Positions 35,030 to 45,900 of a stretch of DNA of 64,000 nt are shown piece after piece; positions within the stretch are counted from its first letter, which is position 1, and the number at the start of each line of letters is the position of its first letter. The translations under genes were made by a program, and so were the position numbers. The notes beneath the pieces are model-generated. The model made no database searches and had not been told where the DNA came from. It was given only the letters and a program-made list of their open reading frames with translations. Source of the stretch: a virus; the IMG/VR virus record IMGVR_UViG_3300009314_000003, positions 64,001 to 128,000 of that record. One strand, 5' to 3'.

Positions 35030-37414
35030 ATGGATAACATCCAACTTATTAGTTCAGGACAGTATTTCAAAGAAGATGGCACAGAACTAGCTACACCGGG
35101 GCGCTTCAATTCCATCTTTGATGAAATTAATACTAATGCGACTAAACAATTTACTCCTAACCCAAGTTGCGATGCGCAGTCCGACCTCGTGACTTATATT
35201 GAAGACACACTTTCACCTACAACTTACCCAAGTTCGGTGGTAATAAGAGATGTAACTACCTGGCCCATACGCATGCTTAATAATGTTAATATCCAATTCA
35301 GTCTCGCCGACGGCCCAGGCCGGTTAGAAGTACCAGCGGGTAATAATGGCCCCGGAGCATACGTCGAATGGGATATAGGAACATACACAGGGGACCTGGG
35401 TAGCCATGGTGTTCGGGCAGTGACCGTCCAGATGACAGCTACCTGGGATGATAAAACTAAGGTGTCCTACACAACATTCAACCTGGTAAGCCCTCCTGAG
35501 AAAGGCGATCCGGCACTTACGCAAATTCATACTATGTGTCATGTTAATGATACTGATATACCTCTTAATTCTCCAGTCTCAGGGGAAGCAGAATTCACCT
35601 TTCAGGATATATCTTTATACCCATTTGGTGATACCATAGAAAGAGCATGGCAATTATACCGTGCTGATGACTTTTCCACCGAGCTCTTAAGTACTGCCCC
35701 TAATTCCTATGTCGGGACACTAACAGGTACACCAGGCGACCCAAATTTCTCGGGGGGTGTCAATGGTACTCCAACTTTACGGGTTCCTGTAAAGATACCA
35801 GGGGCATACAGGCTTCGGCAGGCAGTAAAGGGAAATTTTGATGAATCCTCAGGGGATCCATTCACTACAACTATGCCGGTTGAGTCACTTACTGGCGTTA
35901 ATGTTCATCCCTACGCAGCATTTACCTTAACAAATGTAGGCGGTCAACCTATATCTCCCACGCGGTTGTATATAAACCAATCCAAGGGCAGCTCCACCAT
36001 TGAACACCCAGACTATACAAACGCAAAATCCCTTTTTCAATCTAGTGACCAATACCATTACATCGAGGTTAGATGGGGCAGAGACTCCGATCAGGCAGGT
36101 AATAATAGTGATGCCCGGCTTTTTTCAATGTCGGTATTAGACCTTGGGGACCTCAATATAATTCCCGAGGATAACACTGATTACTTTCTGGTAAATCTTA
36201 ACGACGGCGGCAGTGGTTCGGATTGGTGGAACGGTAACTATTTCTGGATCCTGGGTCTGAATATTTCTGGCTACTCCATAATTGATACGCTTACTTATAG
36301 TGAGGTTCCTGCTGGCGGCGGTAAAGTTGGAAGCTACTATCAAAGTAGTATACGTAGTGATAGTTTCTTCAGTAACCTGGTCATAAAAGTCCCAGCGGGT
36401 ACCTTACCCGCCACAACTATAAACAACATACACTCTATCTCTACATGGCAGATAGGCCCCGGAGCTGAGAAATATAAGGTGGAACTAAAGGTAATCTCCT
36501 CGGAGGGTGGGACTTCGACTATTATTGAACCATGGAAACAAGTTTCTTTTCTAGGCCTGGATGGGTTACGACCCGCCCCAATTAGGTACCGCTTCCTCAA
36601 TATACCTGAGGGACTAGAGTTATTCGCCTCGGTAACTAGTATTAATGGTTCAGTTGCTTCTACTCCAAATACCACAGAGTCCCTTATTGTAGGATATTCC
36701 ACCGATTGGCTACCAGAGGCTCCTACTAATCTCTCTTTCACACCCCATACCTTTGGGGTACAGCTCTCCTTCGATCCTGTTGCTGGTGACCCAGTTGCTG
36801 GTGTCGATTATTATGAGATTGCTTATGGAGATAATGCTAATATACAGTTTGATAGTAGTAACATGGTGATCTGCACACGTAGTACTATGGTCAACCTAAA
36901 TGCTGAGGCAGGCTCCAATGTGTATGTTAAGGTTCGAGCAGTTTGCAGTTCAGGACTAGCAGGCCCATCAACTTCTGGTATGCACAGTGTTGCTGCGGGG
37001 TATATGGATACTCCCGCAGTTCAAATGAATACAGGTTCCCGGGTAATAGATTCATCCAAGACATCAAGGGAGGAAAGGACAATTAGCTATCATGCAAATA
37101 AAAATCCCGGGACCATAATAAGTATGGGCGTCTATGTTTATAGTATGACTAACAACACAGGGCTCGATGATTTTGTCACTATCTATAATGGAGATAAAAC
37201 CTCTTACTATTCCATTCCTATCTCCGGAGTCGGATATTATACGGATGATAACTTCCCCGAAATGTCTATAGGAACAAATGAGAACGTATGTATTGCCAAC
37301 TGGCATACCTCATGGGACAATACTGTACCTCAACAGTTCAATGATATTGAGGTGAGTGTTGATTACACAATTAAACCCCTAACCCCTCCCACTGTTATTA
37401 AACAGTCCAGGTAA
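35030..37414 (+). CDS. Structural protein with PKD-like and fibronectin type III-like domains (794 aa)
   Basis: FTFQDIS...IERAWQ...PGAYRL (PKD-like); PEAPTNLSF...VDYYEIAY...YVKVRAV...G..S (FN3-like). Confidence 0.65.
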   Translation: MDNIQLISSGQYFKEDGTELATPGRFNSIFDEINTNATKQFTPNPSCDAQSDLVTYIEDTLSPTTYPSSVVIRDVTTWPIRMLNNVNIQFSLADGPGRLEVPAGNNGPGAYVEWDIGTYTGDLGSHGVRAVTVQMTATWDDKTKVSYTTFNLVSPPEKGDPALTQIHTMCHVNDTDIPLNSPVSGEAEFTFQDISLYPFGDTIERAWQLYRADDFSTELLSTAPNSYVGTLTGTPGDPNFSGGVNGTPTLRVPVKIPGAYRLRQAVKGNFDESSGDPFTTTMPVESLTGVNVHPYAAFTLTNVGGQPISPTRLYINQSKGSSTIEHPDYTNAKSLFQSSDQYHYIEVRWGRDSDQAGNNSDARLFSMSVLDLGDLNIIPEDNTDYFLVNLNDGGSGSDWWNGNYFWILGLNISGYSIIDTLTYSEVPAGGGKVGSYYQSSIRSDSFFSNLVIKVPAGTLPATTINNIHSISTWQIGPGAEKYKVELKVISSEGGTSTIIEPWKQVSFLGLDGLRPAPIRYRFLNIPEGLELFASVTSINGSVASTPNTTESLIVGYSTDWLPEAPTNLSFTPHTFGVQLSFDPVAGDPVAGVDYYEIAYGDNANIQFDSSNMVICTRSTMVNLNAEAGSNVYVKVRAVCSSGLAGPSTSGMHSVAAGYMDTPAVQMNTGSRVIDSSKTSREERTISYHANKNPGTIISMGVYVYSMTNNTGLDDFVTIYNGDKTSYYSIPISGVGYYTDDNFPEMSIGTNENVCIANWHTSWDNTVPQQFNDIEVSVDYTIKPLTPPTVIKQSR

Positions 37415-39520
37415 ATGAGCCAACTACGTTTCAAATTGGTTGATAATGTAACCTCAACAGCTTCACTTGCTGCTATTTACTCAACGGCGGGACAGGGCAG
37501 TTACTCCCTAAAATTAGAGCCCGGAGTGGCGGCTAAACTACGAGCCGCACAGAGTTATAATGCTTCCTCGGGGGAAAGCGACTACGGACATTTTGAGTTC
37601 GGGAATAATCAACCGGCGAGTGGTTACTACAGTCTTCCCTTTCCCTGGCCAGTTCCAAACTCAGATAGTTATGATGATGTTAAGTCAGATATGTTGGTGG
37701 GGCCACGAGACCAAAACGTTTGTTGGGTTATTTCTGAACCTAATGGTACCCATATAAAGTGCGGAGATATTAGTAATATACGGGTAAATAATCTTAGAAC
37801 AGGGGGTTATCTACCAATAACAGAGACACAATACCGAGGAACTCAAGAGGATCTATGGGATAGTACCCCTCTCAATACTACCTCTGGTCAATATGTCAGA
37901 TTGGTAATGGGCGCTGATCAAGTTGTTGATGCTGTACCGATGGCTTCCTTCACCGAATATGTTGTAGAGGATAGTTCTCTCGTAGATAGACAGCGCCTCT
38001 TTCAACCCATACCAACCTTCACCGACTGGAGTCTCGAGAATGTAGAAGGCACTTGTGTTATGAAGGTAGAGGAAAATTATGTAGACGAGTTTAGTATATC
38101 AGGACAACTGAGAGATATTACATGGCAAAACGATCCATTTAATCTTATAGAGGTTAGAGTCCCACGCAGGAACTGGTATCAGCCATGGTTCGCACAGGTT
38201 AAAAAGGCATCCGAATTCTTTAAAGGCACATTCATCTCTACAGAGGATATTAACCAATCACCAAGACCTCCACTCGTTGTGGACGAAGTTCCATCCTTTG
38301 TTAATCGTTCCCTTCTCGCCCTCTGTCAGGGTAACGTCAATATCTTGGGCAATGGGAACGATATTATAGATCTTGAGGGGGATGGTAATTGGGCCGCGGG
38401 AATTGTGTTAAAGATAAATGGTGTAAAGAGGAATGACCTCATCAAAGATGTTCTCGAAGAAACAGGACACGTACTTCTCAGGCGGCCAATTGGAAGGGCC
38501 AGCCGAGTTACTACATCCTACGCGGTCGATCCAGACTCCTGGGTCGAGATATCCTCCGTGGACCTAAATCCCAGACCTAACCACCTAAAACCACAATGGA
38601 TGGATGGTTTCACCATTAAGGATAGTACTCTCACACTTTATGTTCAGTCTGGAGAGACAGGGCAACTTCTTATAGGGGCCTCAATTAAGCCCGGCAGCCT
38701 TTACTACTACGACGCCGATTCTGGTGATCCCAGTGACTACCTGCAAGAGGACAAACATATCTCAATCGCAAAGATATTTATACCTCAAAACTCCAAGCCT
38801 ATCCTAATCGATGTACGCCAACAAGGCGGCGGTTTAAGACCTGAAGATCAACTACAGAATCACCTTTATGATATTAAAAGCCATACCAAACTCGGTTTCT
38901 ATTACGGGTACCCCATTAAGGGTAATGCTGTTATTATAACTCTTCCACAACTGTTATTCGAATCCTTTTACCGTCGCTTCCTGGATAAGAAGGTAAATAC
39001 CGTAGATAACAAAACAGACACCAGCAATAGACCCCTGGAGGTGTTCGCCCTTACCGAAGAGCCTTACCTCGATTATTCCCAATACAACTGGGTAAGAAGA
39101 ACATGGACTACCCAACCATTTACAGTTACCATAACAAAAGAAGGTACAAATCACATAGCCCTTGATACTACTGACTATTCCAACCGTACCCAATTACCTA
39201 CCCTCGACCCTTATGCAAACACAGAAGAGTATCTCTTTTACTATAGAGACGGAAAGATATATATAAATAATAGTGACTACGATAGTTTGGCTGTCGACTA
39301 TACCTATCTATCCGAGGAGGAAGAGATTATTGAGGATGCATACGTAACAACCAGGAACTTCATAGCCGAGGCAATTAGTAGGATGTTTCCAGCTGGCACA
39401 TATTTAGTACTACGTTACGAAGAGGAAAAGGATTTTGGCCCGCAAGCTAAGGCTCGTATGCAACAATATGTATATACCACCGATGACTCCGGCAACCTTA
39501 TAGATGTAGGTAAGATATAA
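37415..39520 (+). CDS. Hypothetical virion structural protein (701 aa)
   Basis: Long ORF abutting the upstream stop; IDVRQQGGGL motif; operon context. Confidence 0.55.
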   Translation: MSQLRFKLVDNVTSTASLAAIYSTAGQGSYSLKLEPGVAAKLRAAQSYNASSGESDYGHFEFGNNQPASGYYSLPFPWPVPNSDSYDDVKSDMLVGPRDQNVCWVISEPNGTHIKCGDISNIRVNNLRTGGYLPITETQYRGTQEDLWDSTPLNTTSGQYVRLVMGADQVVDAVPMASFTEYVVEDSSLVDRQRLFQPIPTFTDWSLENVEGTCVMKVEENYVDEFSISGQLRDITWQNDPFNLIEVRVPRRNWYQPWFAQVKKASEFFKGTFISTEDINQSPRPPLVVDEVPSFVNRSLLALCQGNVNILGNGNDIIDLEGDGNWAAGIVLKINGVKRNDLIKDVLEETGHVLLRRPIGRASRVTTSYAVDPDSWVEISSVDLNPRPNHLKPQWMDGFTIKDSTLTLYVQSGETGQLLIGASIKPGSLYYYDADSGDPSDYLQEDKHISIAKIFIPQNSKPILIDVRQQGGGLRPEDQLQNHLYDIKSHTKLGFYYGYPIKGNAVIITLPQLLFESFYRRFLDKKVNTVDNKTDTSNRPLEVFALTEEPYLDYSQYNWVRRTWTTQPFTVTITKEGTNHIALDTTDYSNRTQLPTLDPYANTEEYLFYYRDGKIYINNSDYDSLAVDYTYLSEEEEIIEDAYVTTRNFIAEAISRMFPAGTYLVLRYEEEKDFGPQAKARMQQYVYTTDDSGNLIDVGKI

Positions 39521-39526
39521 TAGCTT

Positions 39527-40717
39527 ATGCCTGTTAGCAACAAATTAAAACAAGTCCGGGATGAGGAGATTCTACGCCTGGCCAGTAGCATGGCTCGGCA
39601 ATTTGGGGTTACAGACCCGCTGGAGATACAAGAGGTAACAGAAGCCGTTCAGTTATCCTTTGACACAACAGGGCCCCTATTAAAGTATTCACCCTCCACC
39701 ATGGCCGACAGTGGGAAGTTTCGTAACGATACACGTAATGCACTGATTAATATTATAGCCTTCCTCATACAAATAGAGGAGATAGAAAGAGGCAGGACAG
39801 AGCTTGAGAGTAACAGTCGTAAATCCTTAGATAGTAACGAGACACAGGTCAAATTATTAGAAGACTCCTACATACAAACTGACAGAGACTTGCTTCAGAT
39901 AGAATCCTTCTCCATTAGAAAAGCACGAGGTAGTTATCAGGGCGTCCAGGTTGATGGAGGTGTCCTTAAGATAATCTCCCACGATGATGCAGCTGCAAGG
40001 CGGGTAAAAGGTATTGAGGCGGCAATCTACCCAACAGCGGCAAGTAATCAATTTATAGTACACGAAACCGTGGGTGACATTAATTCTGTTCTTAATACCG
40101 AACCTGGTTCAGGAATCTGGGGAGTTAATGTGTATACACCTGCTCAAGAATTAACCACGTACTGGAGCCAACCCCTCTCCAGATCTAGTATGTCAGAGGG
40201 AGCGATGCGTGCTTACCATGGAATATTAATTGATCTAACACTAAAACTAAAGGACCCAATAGACGTAAATTACCTCGGAGCTAAATTTCTTACGCCTAGT
40301 AAATTAATAAGAGTATATACATACAGCGGACAGGGGAGCGACGACACCCCCTCATGGCAACCAGCGGTAGACGCCGGGAACCGATTTGTGCAGTCTGAGG
40401 GGTATGAATATGATATGGAACTTTACAATTTCGGGGAAGTGTCTGGGGTCACTGATGTTCGTATGGTATTTAATGTGGCCCGGCCGGAGGACACGGTTCC
40501 TCAACTATATTTACTGGAGAAAATGTATACTCGCGGAGAAGTATTCCGTGGTATAGCTACAGATGACTTGAATTTTGAGGAGTATATACGCATGGAGGAT
40601 AACTTTCTTTACCATTTTGGCCTACACAACATTAAAGTCCGTAATCGCAAATTGGGTGCAATAACCTCACAACCAGCTCCGACTCCGAGCCTGAAGAAGT
40701 ACCCGAGGATGATATAA
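39527..40717 (+). CDS. Structural protein, N-terminal half of a paralogous family member
   Basis: N-terminal coiled-coil-like region, then beta domain ending YHFGLHNIKVRNR. Confidence 0.55.
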   Translation: MPVSNKLKQVRDEEILRLASSMARQFGVTDPLEIQEVTEAVQLSFDTTGPLLKYSPSTMADSGKFRNDTRNALINIIAFLIQIEEIERGRTELESNSRKSLDSNETQVKLLEDSYIQTDRDLLQIESFSIRKARGSYQGVQVDGGVLKIISHDDAAARRVKGIEAAIYPTAASNQFIVHETVGDINSVLNTEPGSGIWGVNVYTPAQELTTYWSQPLSRSSMSEGAMRAYHGILIDLTLKLKDPIDVNYLGAKFLTPSKLIRVYTYSGQGSDDTPSWQPAVDAGNRFVQSEGYEYDMELYNFGEVSGVTDVRMVFNVARPEDTVPQLYLLEKMYTRGEVFRGIATDDLNFEEYIRMEDNFLYHFGLHNIKVRNRKLGAITSQPAPTPSLKKYPRMI

Positions 40718-40722
40718 TAGCG

Positions 40723-41715
40723 ATGAGCGGTGGAGGTACAGGAGCGGGGTATAGCTCAGGTACTACCTACATATCCCCGGGCCATAAAGTAGAGGGGAAA
40801 GCTATAATAGGCGCTGGAATCATAAATGTACAGGAAAGCAACCAGGATATATACGGTGCGCAAAACTATACAACCCTCTTCCAGACAGAAGAGGGGGTAA
40901 CTATATCCTCAATGCCTTTACTACCTGAAGGACGAAGTGTGGATAAGATACAAGAGAAGATATGGGTACGGGGTGATGGGTCTTTTGAAACCCTTTTCCC
41001 GGTGCTCACACTTAATCAAGGCGAGTCAGACTTAACCACTCTAACCGGTCGTTTTTCACAAGGAAGCATTTCTACGAGGACAACATTTCAGGCTCCCCCT
41101 GTTCACAAAAACACCTATATTACCCTGGTATACAGTACTTACCTAGTGTCTAGTTTTGCCTGTTGGGATCAAGATGATGATGAGATTGTGGCGCCGTCTG
41201 ATGTAATGTTATCTGATCATACATATAAGGTAATTAGAATTACCGCAGGGTATGCTGATGTTGTTTATGACGAAAGCGGACCCGCGGTTTCCGTTTATGA
41301 CGCCGCTGCGCCTATATCCACAGAGGTACAGGAGACTTTTGAGTCCTCAGGTTCAACCGTTTTAGAACTTAGAACAACACCATGGATAGACTTCCAGAGG
41401 TACTGGAGTGGTGGTGACAGTTATACCCCCATAGAGGTTTTCCTTACTCCCTCCGGAGGAGGCGACCCAATTTCTCTCCCGGATAGAACTTTCTACTCCA
41501 ACCGATTACTACAGCCTACTCTCTCAGGTATTGACCTGGAATTCTTTCTCCGGGGTAATTTAGTCTTCTTAAACACGGCAGATTTCGCAGGAGCTCAGGT
41601 CATCTACCACACGAAGTGTGAGAAGGCCAAGGTCCAAATTGATATGCATCCTAAGGGCGACATGACACCATGGGTTAGTGAATATACCATTAAATTCAGA
41701 GCACAAATTGACTAA
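40723..41715 (+). CDS. Structural protein, C-terminal half of a paralogous family member
   Basis: Ends in the TP motif (DMTPWVSEYTIKF) shared with three neighbouring proteins; frame is open from 40645. Confidence 0.55.
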   Translation: MSGGGTGAGYSSGTTYISPGHKVEGKAIIGAGIINVQESNQDIYGAQNYTTLFQTEEGVTISSMPLLPEGRSVDKIQEKIWVRGDGSFETLFPVLTLNQGESDLTTLTGRFSQGSISTRTTFQAPPVHKNTYITLVYSTYLVSSFACWDQDDDEIVAPSDVMLSDHTYKVIRITAGYADVVYDESGPAVSVYDAAAPISTEVQETFESSGSTVLELRTTPWIDFQRYWSGGDSYTPIEVFLTPSGGGDPISLPDRTFYSNRLLQPTLSGIDLEFFLRGNLVFLNTADFAGAQVIYHTKCEKAKVQIDMHPKGDMTPWVSEYTIKFRAQID

Positions 41716-42823
41716 GCAGATCATAAAAGCACGTGAGCTATACCTGGAGAAGCTGGGAGAGTTCCTGGCTGAGAATAAAAACCAGAGTGAGGAGGGTAAG
41801 TACTTCCAGGCCCTACGCCTATTAGTTGAGGCATTTAGGGATAGGCCTTATATTCACCTCCCCGTAGAGGGAGAGCGGGCTACCAGCAAGCCCTTGGATG
41901 ATGTCTTCCAACTTCTTGAATCAGAGCACGGCGATATTGAGGGTAGTGTCGACAGCATTATAAACAGTTTGGAGGAGGTAGAGAGTTCCTTGGGGCTGCA
42001 AGTTGATGAGGTTCAAGCCCTCGTAACCAGTCTTGAAATGGATATAAATAGCCGCCGTCTTAAATCAGGGGCCGGAGAAGAGGAAACGGACTATATAGAG
42101 CTGGAGGAAAACTTTGCAAGGTATGGCCTTACTCTGGAGGAAATTAGTTCATTGGATCAGACTTCCTTCATTGATTCTGTCGAGTGGATACCAGCAACAG
42201 GGATGGGAGGTTATCTTTGGTTCGGTGATGTCTCAACTAATCATACCTCACCAACAACACAGGGACTCATTGATATTAACAATGAGGTCGTAACAATTCA
42301 ACATTTATGGATGACTGGTACTCTAAGTACTTCTCCACTAGAGCAAGAGCTTATAGCAATTATAGGAGACGATACCGGGCTTGGACCGGAAGATGATATG
42401 GAGTTTAGTACAGATGCCACAGAGTCAGAAAACCCACCCCCATTTGCGGAGGGTGTTTTGGAAGTCAACCTAACAATCCCCAAACAAATTAGTACTGTAT
42501 CTCTAGGTACTGACCCGACGGATATGGTAGAGAAGGTTATCATCACTGATTTTCAAGGAGCGGAACAGGTTTATCCAATGAACAATGGTACTGTGACCCT
42601 CCCTTCTACAACAACCTCTAAAATTGCGTTTCATATTAGTCGTAGTAATAGCCTATCTCCAATGCCCTTCTGGCTTAGAGCCCTTATTATTTCCATCAGT
42701 GACTCTGATGGAAACTCTTCCCTCTATGCTCAATTTCACGATGCCACAGGGGATCTAGTGACATCTAGTGGCACGAACAGGAGTATACCAAACAAGAAAA
42801 TAATACTCCCGGGGCTGGGATAA
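41678..42823 (+). CDS. Structural protein with N-terminal coiled coil (381 aa; start possibly TTG 41708)
   Basis: Long acidic ORF; its last residues (PGLG*) lie in the 59-bp repeat. Confidence 0.6.
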   Translation: MNIPLNSEHKLTKQIIKARELYLEKLGEFLAENKNQSEEGKYFQALRLLVEAFRDRPYIHLPVEGERATSKPLDDVFQLLESEHGDIEGSVDSIINSLEEVESSLGLQVDEVQALVTSLEMDINSRRLKSGAGEEETDYIELEENFARYGLTLEEISSLDQTSFIDSVEWIPATGMGGYLWFGDVSTNHTSPTTQGLIDINNEVVTIQHLWMTGTLSTSPLEQELIAIIGDDTGLGPEDDMEFSTDATESENPPPFAEGVLEVNLTIPKQISTVSLGTDPTDMVEKVIITDFQGAEQVYPMNNGTVTLPSTTTSKIAFHISRSNSLSPMPFWLRALIISISDSDGNSSLYAQFHDATGDLVTSSGTNRSIPNKKIILPGLG

Positions 42824-42867
42824 TATATGAAGCAAGGACCTACATATCAACGATATAATATACCGCC
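42809..42867 (+). repeat. 59-bp direct repeat, copy 1
   Basis: ccggggctgggataatatatgaagcaaggacctacatatcaacgatataatataccgcc, identical to 49784-49842. Confidence 0.97.
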
Positions 42868-42967
42868 AGATGGAAGTTTCACTGAGAATTCTGGTTATGG
42901 TGCAAAATGTAAAGTAGAATTTATTTCAAAATCAGATCTCTTGAGAGCTCGCGGTTATAAAACTTGA
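42827..42967 (+). pseudogene. Chimeric 46-aa mini-ORF: first 15 codons of the 88-aa gene fused to AT-rich foreign DNA
   Basis: MKQGPTYQRYNIPPD matches the start of 49802..50068, then diverges (GSFTENSGYG...RGYKT*). Confidence 0.6.
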
Positions 42968-42990
42968 AAAATCAATGAGAAATTATTGCG

Positions 42991-45900
42991 ATGCCTATTT
43001 TTAATTGTCCAGATAATAATTGTAATCATTGTGGAACAGATTTATGTATTTGTTGTCCAAATGGATATGAATCTTTTGATGCTGGTGATACAATTGAAGT
43101 AAAATGGCAAGCTCCATATAATTCTACTGATTATGTTGTAAATGTCACACTTTATAAAGGAAATGAATTTGCAGCAATAATAGCAGAATATTTTAATGCC
43201 CATCCAACAAGCTATTATCGTAAAAGCTCAATTCCTTGGACAATTCCAACATTTCTTGAACAGCGAGATGATTATAGAATTAAGGTAACTATTATTGCTG
43301 GAGACAATCTTGGTCAATCGGATTTTAGTGATAATTATTTTGAAATCGTTAATACTATAAATCAACCTCCTGTAGCTGATGCTGGAGATGATCAAACTGT
43401 TGTGGAAAATAGTATTGTACAACTTGATGCTTCAGGTTCATACGATCCAGATGGTGATACAATAACATATGCTTGGAGTGCTCCTGTTGGAATTACACTT
43501 ACCAATGCAAATAGTGTGAATCCAATTTTTACAGCTCCAGAAGTTACTGAAGATACAGAATATCAATTCATACTTGTTGTTAATGATGGGGAATTTGATT
43601 CAAGTCAAGATGCTGTAACTATTACAGTAGAAAACTTCATTCCTAATCAGGCTCCAACTGCAGATGCAGGGGAAGACCAGGATATCAATGAAGGTATGTT
43701 TGTTACTCTTGATGGTACAGGTTCATTTGACCCTGAAGGTAGTAATCTAACTTATACTTGGACTGCTCCGGTAGGAATTACATTAAGTAATGTTAATGCT
43801 GTTTCTCCAACATTTACTGCACCAAATGTAGATGATGATACTCCTTACTCGTTTACTTTAGAAGTATCAGATGGAGATTTAACAGATACAGATGATGTAA
43901 CAATAACTGTTCTCAATGTAGCAGTACCGCAGCCTCCTGTAGCGGATGCCGGGGATAACCAGACAGTTGATGAAGGAGATTTAGTTACGCTAGATGGGTC
44001 TGGTTCATATGATCCTGAAGGTGAAGATGTGACATATATGTGGACTGCTCCAGATGGAATTACTTTATCAGATCAATCAATTGTAAATCCTACATTTACA
44101 GCTCCGGAAGTCATTAGTGTTACTGATTATATATTTACTCTAACTGTAGAAGATCCACACGGATTGTCAGATACAGATAATGTTACAATAACTGTAAATC
44201 CAGTTGCTGATCCACCAGTTCTTGGTGGACAATATAATTATAATAATGACGACTATTATACTGCTGTTAGCCTAATTCGGACTAATAGTGGTGTATATAA
44301 CTTTACGCCTGAATACTTTTTAGGTCCTGGTAATCCATGCAGCCATTGGCGCATTTGCCCTGATGGCCATGAAGGTGCTAACTACGATATTAGCGGTTCT
44401 TTCCCTTTCCCTGAATGGGAAGATGTTATCTACTTCAATCATACATATACCGACATTCCAAGTGGTGACTTACTTGGAACGTGGCGCTCATATGTAAAAT
44501 ATATAGGTGATGACTCCTGGACGGAATTCCTTGGAGGCTTGGAGATTACCCAGGATATGTTACCTCAAGCTCTCCCCGCGGAGCTAACTATTGAGGCATC
44601 ATCTATCCAAAACCACGTTAATATCACTCTTGGAGATGATTTTACCTGGATGTATACCGCCGGGGGTGTATGGAGTGATATTACACACTGTATATACCCC
44701 GAGGAGTACTCTAGTCCTTACCTCCTTGCTGATATAGTCCCTGATCAAAGTAATTGTGTTAATTATAGTGATGGGGGTCTATGTCATAATCCTAACGATC
44801 TGATGGCAGGTAGTGTAATATCTCAGTATAACTTGTCTACGACGGCGTATGGGCCTTACAACTTAGAACTAACAATAAGGGGAATGACACAAGGATCAAT
44901 AACATGCCGGCTTGGGTTGGAATCTCCAAGTGCAACATTTAATTCTAACGGAACACACTCAGGAAACATAGAAGCATCCTCTTTGTCCCCAAACACCTTC
45001 TATATCTACCCTACTCCCGACTTTAACGGGATAATTGATAATGTCTCTCTCAAACTTTCTGGAGGAGGAGATGAATTAATAAGTAACGGTGATTTTTCCA
45101 ACAGTCTCCAAGATTGGAGTGGAACTACTTGTTGGGAACATGCCTATTTTCCTTTCCCGATCCCGAAAAATACTGTATCACAGGAAGATTGGTGTGTGAA
45201 TACCCATGGTCTATGTTTACACACATTTTCCGACGATGTAACGACATGGCACGTTCCCACTTATTATGCCCGGGGGTATTTAGCGGGGGCCTTTTCTGTC
45301 TTCCTCGGAACCTCCTCCTATTCTTCGTCAATAAACTATGAAAACTATCCCTTAAACCCTTATGAACTCACAATAACCTGTGATGTTAGTGATATACTTA
45401 CTGTATACTCAAACGCCCAATTCTATATCTATAATAATACTTACCAGAGCGAGGCACTTACACCTGGTAATGGTATTATCACCTACACAGTAACTGCAAC
45501 TGCAGGTAATTCAGCTAACTTGGAGGGTAATTGGACAATAGAATGGCAGGATGGTAGTGGTTCTACACTAGAATCTATTACCCAATCTGTTCCAGCCGAC
45601 ACCTTCTCACCACCACCCGATTTCGGGAATGTAGATTATTCACTTGAGCATCCAAATGATTGGAACCTCACAATTACCTGTGATGTTAGTGATATACTTA
45701 CTGAACACTCAGACGCCTTATTCTATATCTATAAAGAGGGTTCCACAGGTACATCTATACAACCCAATGATAATAACACGATCACCTACACAGAAACTGC
45801 AGGTAATTCAACGGACTTGGAAGGTAATTGGATAATAAAATGGCAGAACGGTGGAGGTGAGGTAATAAATTCCACCACTTGCACGGTTTCAAGTCTTCCA

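Noticed and set aside
36773-36800. DPVAG-DPVAG tandem in the 794-aa gene
   Set aside because: A 15-nt diverged duplication, too small to interpret.
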